Below, one piece after another: positions 26,536 to 32,000 of a DNA stretch of 32,000 nt; the first letter of the stretch is position 1, and every line of letters begins with the position of its first letter. The position numbers and the translations under genes are program-made. The stretch lies in assembly GCF_003367075.2 (NCBI RefSeq), contig NZ_CP065936.1:900001-932000 (forward strand). The letters run 5' to 3'. The notes beneath the pieces were generated by a model. It ran no database searches. It saw only the letters and a list, made by a program, of their open reading frames with translations, and had not been told where the DNA came from. This DNA is from Cylindrospermopsis raciborskii Cr2010. Lineage in GTDB: Bacteria; Cyanobacteriota; Cyanobacteriia; Cyanobacteriales; Nostocaceae.

Positions 26536-27129
26536 ATGCGCTTGACCTTTTCTGAGGAAATAAAATCTTTGCTACAGCGTCTAGCACACCAACCTCTAAC
26601 CTTGGGTGACGTGCTGGAAACAACCTCTCAACGCGGATTCATTCTAGTCATTGCTTTATTGGTTTTACCATTCTTGTTCCCTATGCCACCCGGACTCACG
26701 GGTCCTCTTGGCTCCGCTTGTTTGCTCTTATCATTGCAAATGCTTTTGGGCAGGCGATCGCCCTGGTTACCAAAAAAAATTGCCAATTATCAGTTTCCCC
26801 GGGTTTTTGCCCAAACTATTCTTCACAACCTAGGTAGGGTCACCAGGTTGTTAGAAAAAATTGCCCGTCCTCGCTTGACAAAATTGGCAAATCATGATAT
26901 TACCTGGAGGTGTAACGGTCTTTGCATTTCCTGGTTGGCTATTTTACTTATTTCTCCTGTACCTTTGACTAATCCCATACCCACCATTGGCATTTTACTG
27001 TTTGCTGCGGCTAGTATGGAGTCAGATGGACTACTTGTATGTATTTGCTATGTATTAACACTATTAATCACCCTAATTTTCTACCTCATTGTCTATGGAG
27101 TTTTACAGCTCCCTGGTTTGATTACATAA
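26536..27129 (+). CDS. ExoD-family membrane protein (exopolysaccharide synthesis ExoD-like)
   Basis: A 197-aa ORF with LTLGDVLETTSQRGFILVIALLVLPFLFPMPPGLTGPLG and RRSPWLPKKI, typical of the ExoD family (PF06055 as I recall), plus C-terminal TM helices. Confidence 0.75.
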   Translation: MRLTFSEEIKSLLQRLAHQPLTLGDVLETTSQRGFILVIALLVLPFLFPMPPGLTGPLGSACLLLSLQMLLGRRSPWLPKKIANYQFPRVFAQTILHNLGRVTRLLEKIARPRLTKLANHDITWRCNGLCISWLAILLISPVPLTNPIPTIGILLFAAASMESDGLLVCICYVLTLLITLIFYLIVYGVLQLPGLIT

Positions 27130-27144
27130 AGATTACTGGCACTA

Positions 27145-27172
27145 TTGACATTTATGGGGGGTGTCTTATAAT
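27145..27172 (+). promoter_or_regulatory. Perfect consensus sigma-70 promoter with no downstream ORF (TTGACA-N16-TATAAT)
   Basis: TTGACA at 27145-27150, a 16-nt spacer, and TATAAT at 27167-27172, read directly. It begins 16 nt after the ExoD stop and faces the 3' end of the convergent metal-transporter operon. Confidence 0.5.
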
Positions 27173-27356
27173 CCTAGTTAAGGTAGGTTCCAATCAATAT
27201 TTAACGAGTATGAAAATAAATCCCCCAGCCAATAACGAACAGTTAATAACTGAGGGTAACAATGTAATTAAGGTGCATTTACTAGTTTGATTATTCCTAC
27301 GGGATAACATGGAATCCGGAAAATTTATTTGATTTCTGTTTAATTTCCATGTTTTT

Positions 27357-27384
27357 AAAAAAACCCCCAGTTTTGGCCGGGGGG
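27357..27384 (-). terminator. Rho-independent terminator of the minus-strand metal ABC operon
   Basis: On the minus strand: CCCCCGGCCAAAACTGGGGG (5-bp G/C stem) followed by TTTTTT. It lies 62 nt downstream of the permease stop. Confidence 0.55.
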
Positions 27385-27433
27385 ATTGATCAATTAAGGT
27401 TTCAATGTTTTCAAGGGCCAATCTGTAAAATCG

Positions 27434-27454
27434 GGAAGGTAATTCCTACCTTCC
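27434..27454. other. Palindromic hairpin overlapping the permease stop codon
   Basis: GGAAGGTA-ATTCC-TACCTTCC (8-bp stem). On the plus strand it is followed by ATGTTTT, so it could terminate a transcript from the 27145 promoter. Confidence 0.35.
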
Positions 27455-28294
27455 ATGTTTTACAAGGGCTCCCAAAACTCTGGATTTGGGACTAAATAAA
27501 AAAGCTAGGACAAATGCTGTGCAAACGACTAATACAATAGCTGGTCCAGAGGGTAAATTATAGAAGTAACTCAGATAAATTCCTACAATACTAGAAATTA
27601 TGGCGATCGCAGCTCCTAGGATCATAACTTGATGTAGTCTGTTAACTAATAGGTACGCTGTAGCACCAGGGGTAATCAACATTGATAGGACTAAAATCAC
27701 TCCCACTGCTTTCATACTAGCAACAATGGTTAGGGAAATGAGCAACATCAAACTAATGTTGAGTTGATTAACTGGTAGACCAGCAACCTGGGCTCCTATG
27801 GGATCAAAGGTATAGAATAGTAGTTCTTTGTAGAGTAAAAAAACGATAATTAAGGCCACAGCAGCAAGGATGGCCGTATCCCTAACCTCATTGGGGGTAA
27901 CACCTAGAATATTGCCAAAAAGAAAGTGATTGAGGTCGATTTTATTAGCTTTTTGAATCCCTGTAATGAGTGTGACACCAAGAGCAAAAAAACCAGAAAA
28001 TACGATCCCCATAGCTGCATCCTCCTTAATAGGAGACCGGTTTTTAATCACTGCTATAGCTACCGTGCTTACCATAGCAGCAATAAAAGCTCCCACAAAT
28101 ATATTCGCACCTATTATAAAGGCGATCGCCAGTCCTGGTAAAACGGAATGACTAATAGCATCGCCTAGTAGTGCCAGACGTTGTACCATTAAATAAGTAC
28201 CAACCACAGCACATAACAAACCAATTAACACTGCAACTATTAGTGAGCGTTGCATAAATCCATACTGCAACGGCTCCATTATTTCGCTTAACAT
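27446..28294 (-). CDS. Metal (Mn/Zn/Fe) ABC transporter permease, TroC/ZnuB/MntB type
   Basis: A 282-aa protein with about 8 TM helices and the family pattern GFMQRSLIVAVLIG, LLGDAISHSVLPG and LSMLITPGATAYLL. An alternative ATG lies at 28279. Confidence 0.85.
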   Translation of the reverse strand: MLSEIMEPLQYGFMQRSLIVAVLIGLLCAVVGTYLMVQRLALLGDAISHSVLPGLAIAFIIGANIFVGAFIAAMVSTVAIAVIKNRSPIKEDAAMGIVFSGFFALGVTLITGIQKANKIDLNHFLFGNILGVTPNEVRDTAILAAVALIIVFLLYKELLFYTFDPIGAQVAGLPVNQLNISLMLLISLTIVASMKAVGVILVLSMLITPGATAYLLVNRLHQVMILGAAIAIISSIVGIYLSYFYNLPSGPAIVLVVCTAFVLAFLFSPKSRVLGALVKHGR

Positions 28295-28315
28295 AAATAA
28301 TATTAAAAATGAAAA

Positions 28316-29092
28316 TTATATTGTAAAGTAAGCACGTTGTAGATTAGTTTCTGTAAGTACATGCAGACGAGGTCCACTAGCTATAAGTTGACAGTTAAGT
28401 AGAATTAAATCGTCAAAATGGTTAATTGACTGACCCAGATCGTGATTGACCACCAGGACAATTTTTCCTCGATCTGTGAGTTCTTGAAAAATGTTAAAAA
28501 GGACACCTTGAGTTTTGTGATCTATGCCGACGAAGGGTTCATCAAAACAAAAAATTTCAGGTTCTTGAGTTAGAGCGCGGGCCAGGAATACCCTTTGTTG
28601 TTGTCCTCCGGAAAGCTCTCCTATAGGTCGGTCAGTATATTTTAACATTTCTACCCGTTCCAATGCTGTCATTGCTATTTGCCGACTCATACTAGAAAAA
28701 CTACGTAACCAACCGGTTTTTTTCACTCTTCCCGTCATGACCACATCCCAGACCGTAGCGGGGTAGTTCCAGTCAATTTGGCTTCTTTGGGGGACATAGG
28801 CAACTTTTTCTAGTTGGTCTACTAATGGCCTACCGTCATACAGTACACTACCCATACTCATGGGGACTAATCCTAGAATTGCTTTGATCAACGTACTCTT
28901 ACCAGCACCATTAGGTCCAAAAATTCCTGTTAATCTTCCTGCTTTAATAGTACAGGTTATATCCTGTAAAGCGTCTTGTCTATGGTATTGTACTCCTAAA
29001 TGGGAAATATGAATATCCCTAAACTCTCTATTTATGGGCATCCTTTGAGGTGTTTTTAGTAATAGACCAAATTTTGGGGAGGTGTTTTGCAT
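28316..29092 (-). CDS. Metal ABC transporter ATP-binding protein, TroB/ZnuC/MntA type
   Basis: Walker A GPNGAGKST, signature LSGGQQQRV, Walker B FCFDEP, H-loop VNHDL. The start may be the internal Met at 29041 (MPINREF...). Confidence 0.85.
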   Translation of the reverse strand: MQNTSPKFGLLLKTPQRMPINREFRDIHISHLGVQYHRQDALQDITCTIKAGRLTGIFGPNGAGKSTLIKAILGLVPMSMGSVLYDGRPLVDQLEKVAYVPQRSQIDWNYPATVWDVVMTGRVKKTGWLRSFSSMSRQIAMTALERVEMLKYTDRPIGELSGGQQQRVFLARALTQEPEIFCFDEPFVGIDHKTQGVLFNIFQELTDRGKIVLVVNHDLGQSINHFDDLILLNCQLIASGPRLHVLTETNLQRAYFTI

Positions 29093-29122
29093 AGTAGGAT
29101 TGATAATTCTTGAGATCCTACT
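29093..29122. promoter_or_regulatory. Inverted repeat in the divergent promoter region of the metal transporter genes
   Basis: AGTAGGAT-N14-ATCCTACT (8-bp arms), directly abutting the ATPase ATG. The spacer contains TGATAAT, which is half of a Fur/Zur-type box. Confidence 0.3.
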
Positions 29123-29162
29123 TTGAGCTTACTATGAAGAAGGCTAAAAATATGAGACAAAT

Positions 29163-30110
29163 ATGAAAAATAAAAACATTCGGATATGGATAGTAATATT
29201 TTTACCATTATATTTACTAGGATGTAGTGTTTCTCAGGTGGAAACCTCGAAGAATGGCAGTCGTGGGAAACTAAGCAAAATAAGAGTTGTAGCAACAAGT
29301 ACAATAATTACGGACTTAGTGGCACAAATAGGAGGTGAGGAGATTAGTTTAACTGGAATACTTCAACCTGGAACAGATCCCCATGTATATGAACCAGTAC
29401 CAGGAGATGGCAAGGTCTTAGAGACAGCGGATTTAATTGTATATAATGGGTATAATTTAGAGCCAGGAATTATTAAGTTAATGAATTCTACGGGTGTAAT
29501 GGCTAGAAAACTGGCAGTGGGGGAAGTAGTCAAACCCTTAAAATTAAAAACCCATCGGGGGGAAATAGTTCCCGATCCCCATGTGTGGGGGAGTGCTAAA
29601 AACACCATAACCATGGTAAATGCTATTAGAGATACTTTAGTGGAGTTGTCGGATAAGGACAGGGAAAAATTTACACGAAATGCTGCCCAACTAACTAAGG
29701 AACTGGAAAAGTTGGATAATTGGATCAAACAGGAAATTGAAACTATTCCACCGCCCAACCGCAAAATAGTTACCTCCCATGATGCTTTTCAGTATTATGC
29801 TGATGCTTACGGTATGGAGGTTATAGGGACTTTGATTGGAATTAGTACAGAAGAAAAACCCAGTGCTAAAACGGTAAAGGAATTGGTGGATGCTATTATT
29901 AGAGCGGATATTCCTACTATATTTACCGAAACTACGATTAATCCAGACTTGATGAAAACAGTAGCTCAAGAAGCGGGGGTAAAAATGGCAACAAATCAAC
30001 TTTATTCCGACTCTTTGGGTGCAAGGGGAAGTGATGCGGATACTTATATCAAAATGATGACAGTTAATACCAAAACTATTGTGATCGGTCTAACCGAAAC
30101 GGTAAAATAA
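29163..30110 (+). CDS. Metal ABC transporter substrate-binding lipoprotein (cluster A-I, TroA/ZnuA/MntC type)
   Basis: Lipoprotein signal with lipobox LLGC. Metal-site blocks GTDPHVYEP, DPHVWGS, TSHDAFQYY and LYSDSLG. No His-rich loop. Confidence 0.85.
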   Translation: MKNKNIRIWIVIFLPLYLLGCSVSQVETSKNGSRGKLSKIRVVATSTIITDLVAQIGGEEISLTGILQPGTDPHVYEPVPGDGKVLETADLIVYNGYNLEPGIIKLMNSTGVMARKLAVGEVVKPLKLKTHRGEIVPDPHVWGSAKNTITMVNAIRDTLVELSDKDREKFTRNAAQLTKELEKLDNWIKQEIETIPPPNRKIVTSHDAFQYYADAYGMEVIGTLIGISTEEKPSAKTVKELVDAIIRADIPTIFTETTINPDLMKTVAQEAGVKMATNQLYSDSLGARGSDADTYIKMMTVNTKTIVIGLTETVK

Positions 30111-30119
30111 AGAACATGA

Positions 30120-30148
30120 TTGACAAAAGTCCGAGAATCTAATATTAT
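30120..30148 (+). promoter_or_regulatory. Near-consensus sigma-70 promoter (TTGACA-N17-TATTAT) at the head of a ~500-nt ORF-free region
   Basis: TTGACA at 30120-30125, a 17-nt spacer, and TATTAT at 30143-30148. It lies 10 nt after the SBP stop codon. The next gene (mraY) starts at 30651 or 30675. Confidence 0.35.
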
Positions 30149-30360
30149 TGTTTGCGGATTTCCCATGTTATAATTCTGGTGATGCTTTAATTGGTAAGGC
30201 GTTAACAAAAAAATTTTTTTGCTCTGTACCGGATAAATCCAAAAACGGTTGAATGATTAACTAAAATCACACCGCGTCAAATACAGTACCAAATACAAAT
30301 TATCAAAAAAGGTTTTGTTATATGTAGGCTCTTCTAAGGAGATGACGGCAGATATTTTGC

Positions 30361-30463
30361 AGTGTAAGTGGGTGAGTGGAATTAAATATAAGATCAACGT
30401 AGGTTAGGTTGAAGTATGAAACCCAACACCCGCATGGGTCTCGTTCCTCCCTACTTAACTAGG
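30361..30463 (+). repeat. Dispersed intergenic repeat, copy B
   Basis: Aligns with 6695-6820 in the same orientation. The hairpin arm carries a G-to-A change (GTTAGGTT vs AACCCAAC). It lacks the ~30-nt segment present in copy A. Confidence 0.8.
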
Positions 30464-30674
30464 AATGGAGCAGTGATTTATGAGTTTTCTTTAAAGGAGA
30501 CCAACATAAAGCATTACCAATTCATTGGCTTTTTTGTATTGAAGAGAATGGAATTTACCATTTTGACTATGGATGATAGTAATATCAACTTAGATTAGGA
30601 TAGGTTTTATTCTTCCTGGTGACCAAGGTTAAACGTTTGAATTTTTTTAAGTGTGGAGTGAAGGAAAAATTTCT

Positions 30675-31775
30675 GTGGACGCAAAATTATCTCCCAACCA
30701 AGGATTGAGTATTTCCGGGATCGGGTTAGCATCGGTTTTAGCAGCAGCTATGACTTGTGCCACCCTAGTTGTAGATGGTCTAGGAAATAGGGCTTTTTGG
30801 CAATCCAACTCTTTAACCATGCCATTTTTACTGAGTGCTTTGGGTAGTGCAGTAGCTGGTTTATGGTTTGTGCCACTGTTGCAAGCGTTAAAAACTGGGC
30901 AAATTATTCGAGAAGATGGACCCAAGGCCCATTTAAAGAAGGCGGGTACTCCCACCATGGGTGGTGTATTTTTCATACCCGTGGCCCTGCTAGTAGCTTG
31001 TGTGCTTTCCAATTTTGCTAAAGATGTATTGGCTGTTTCCGCTTTAACACTTGCTTACGGAACCATAGGTTGGATAGACGATTGGCAAATCCTGCTGAGG
31101 AAATCCAACAAGGGTATATCCCCCAAAACAAAATTGATTTTACAAATTGTTTTTGCCATTGGTTTTTGTGTGTGGATGATTTTAAGGGGAGACTTTAGTA
31201 TAACAAATATAGTTTTGCCCTGGGTGGGTTTTTCTTTACCTTTAGGATTCATGTTTTGGCCCTTAGCTACCTTTGTGCTAGTCGCGGAAAGCAATGCTAC
31301 TAATTTGACTGATGGAGTTGATGGGTTAGCTGGGGGAACAGTGGCGATCGCCATTTTGGGTTTAGGAGCGTTGATTGCTCCCACCGCACCCAGTTTAATG
31401 ATCTTCTGTGCAGCGGTGAGTGGTAGTTGTCTGGGATTTTTAGCTCATAATCGCAATCCCGCTCGAGTTTTCATGGGTGACACTGGTTCCCTCGCTTTAG
31501 GCGGTGCTTTAGGTGCAGTGGCCCTTTTAACTAATAATTTGGTAGGACTGTTTATTTTAAGTGGAATATTTTTTGTAGAAACTCTATCTGTAATGGCACA
31601 GGTGAGTTACTACAAAGCAACTAAGGGACCGGATGGCAAGGGCAAGCGATTATTCAAGATGGCTCCTTTACACCATCATCTGGAATTATCTGGTTGGTCT
31701 GAATTGCAGGTGGTGGGCGTGTTTTATATGATTGGTGCGGTTTTGGCCAGTATGTGTCTAGCCTTAATCAAGTGA
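30675..31775 (+). CDS. mraY: Phospho-N-acetylmuramoyl-pentapeptide transferase MraY
   Basis: MraY signatures KAGTPTMGG, NATNLTDGVDGLAGG, MGDTGSLALGG and APLHHHLE. I prefer the GTG at 30675, which has AAGGA about 9 nt upstream. The track start is the GTG at 30651. Confidence 0.9.
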   Translation: MDAKLSPNQGLSISGIGLASVLAAAMTCATLVVDGLGNRAFWQSNSLTMPFLLSALGSAVAGLWFVPLLQALKTGQIIREDGPKAHLKKAGTPTMGGVFFIPVALLVACVLSNFAKDVLAVSALTLAYGTIGWIDDWQILLRKSNKGISPKTKLILQIVFAIGFCVWMILRGDFSITNIVLPWVGFSLPLGFMFWPLATFVLVAESNATNLTDGVDGLAGGTVAIAILGLGALIAPTAPSLMIFCAAVSGSCLGFLAHNRNPARVFMGDTGSLALGGALGAVALLTNNLVGLFILSGIFFVETLSVMAQVSYYKATKGPDGKGKRLFKMAPLHHHLELSGWSELQVVGVFYMIGAVLASMCLALIK

Positions 31776-31807
31776 TTTTTCTAACACCTGCCTAAACATT
31801 CAAAATG

Positions 31808-31834
31808 CCACCCATTTCCTAGGGTGGTTTTTTT
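31808..31834 (+). terminator. Rho-independent terminator after mraY
   Basis: Stem CCACCC / GGGTGG with a 8-nt loop, followed by TTTTTTT. It lies 33 nt after the mraY stop. Confidence 0.6.
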
Positions 31835-31873
31835 GGTAAGCAAACGGATTGATATGGAATAATAAATATAAGT

Positions 31874-32000
31874 ATGGACACAATAGAGGACAATGTGATG
31901 GTGGAAGAAACAAACCAAAAACCCGTAGCTAAAAAAGAAAAACCCCCAGCAGTGGAAGATAAGCCATTTGAGGAGTTTATGCAAGAACACTACTTACCTG
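31874..32000 (+). CDS. Hypothetical protein; only the N-terminal 42 codons are in the window (possibly DUF2996-like)
   Basis: The frame is open from the ATG at 31874 (MDTIEDNVMVEETNQKPVAKKEKPPAVEDKPFEEFMQEHYLP) to the window end. In-frame alternative starts lie at 31895 and 31898. The family guess is from memory only. Confidence 0.4.
   Translation, partial: MDTIEDNVMVEETNQKPVAKKEKPPAVEDKPFEEFMQEHYLP

Noticed and set aside
27039-27421. Two overlapping ORFs (27039-27290 plus strand, 27194-27421 minus strand) in the ExoD/permease gap.
   Set aside because: The plus-strand ORF starts inside the ExoD gene in another frame and contains the consensus promoter. The minus-strand ORF contains the operon terminator hairpin. 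They also exclude each other.
30416-30598. A 60-aa ORF in the mraY upstream region.
   Set aside because: Its start codon and first ~15 codons lie inside the dispersed repeat (copy B). The equivalent frame is not preserved in copy A.
31781-31990. A 69-aa minus-strand ORF at the window end.
   Set aside because: It is antisense to the mraY terminator and to a more plausible plus-strand N-terminal ORF (31874 onward). Its translation is Phe/Cys/His-rich and looks non-coding.
1-32000. A search for tRNA, rRNA, tmRNA, RNase P RNA and SRP RNA signatures, CRISPR repeats, and riboswitches (cobalamin near cbiB, Moco near moaE, fluoride near the ClC gene).
   Set aside because: I saw no T-arm GGTTCGAATCC-like sequences and no conserved RNase P or SRP cores. 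I saw no regularly spaced direct repeats other than the 54-bp coding repeat. cbiB has no leader because it follows rrf2 directly. The ClC protein is the CBS-domain type, not the fluoride-riboswitch-associated type. A covariance-model scan would be needed to exclude these formally.

Overview
The window looks like a cyanobacterial chromosome segment, probably from an AT-rich filamentous Nostocales-like genome. Support for this: I count 11 copies of the HIP1 octamer GCGATCGC, and the window carries a cyAbrB regulator, a DUF29 gene, and CmpABCD/BicA-type carbon-uptake genes. I support about 27 protein genes. I found no tRNA, rRNA or CRISPR array. Most genes are ordinary housekeeping genes: FAD oxidoreductase (5' partial), clpS, moaE, a hybrid histidine kinase, pyrR, cbiB, an Rrf2 regulator, cyAbrB, a ClC channel, an ExoD-family protein, a TroA/ZnuA-type metal ABC transporter, and mraY. 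I did not find a convincing new multi-gene system such as a defence island. The observations most worth follow-up are: (1) A compact inorganic-carbon uptake cluster at 18.7-26.5 kb. Its ABC operon looks like cmpABCD (BCT1) rather than nrtABCD, and it is followed directly by a BicA-like SulP gene. (2) An intact IS1-family element with a 9-bp target duplication, inserted inside codon 13 of the permease gene cmpB. (3) The only two exact ATAG-N8-CTAT palindromes I found in the 32 kb. They lie in the two promoter regions upstream of cmpA and of the bicA-like gene, which suggests a shared LysR-type (NdhR/CcmR-like) operator. (4) An intact large-serine-recombinase homologue in which all catalytic residues appear substituted. 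It is divergent from cmpA and convergent with a conserved membrane protein of unknown function. (5) A near-perfect 54-bp in-frame tandem repeat in a coiled-coil/TPR membrane protein. (6) A perfect consensus sigma-70 promoter (TTGACA-N16-TATAAT) with no gene behind it. It points into the 3' end of the metal-transporter operon and may drive an sRNA or antisense RNA. (7) A roughly 100-nt hairpin-containing dispersed repeat present twice. All product names come from motif recognition by eye and from memory of reference sequences; no database search was run.
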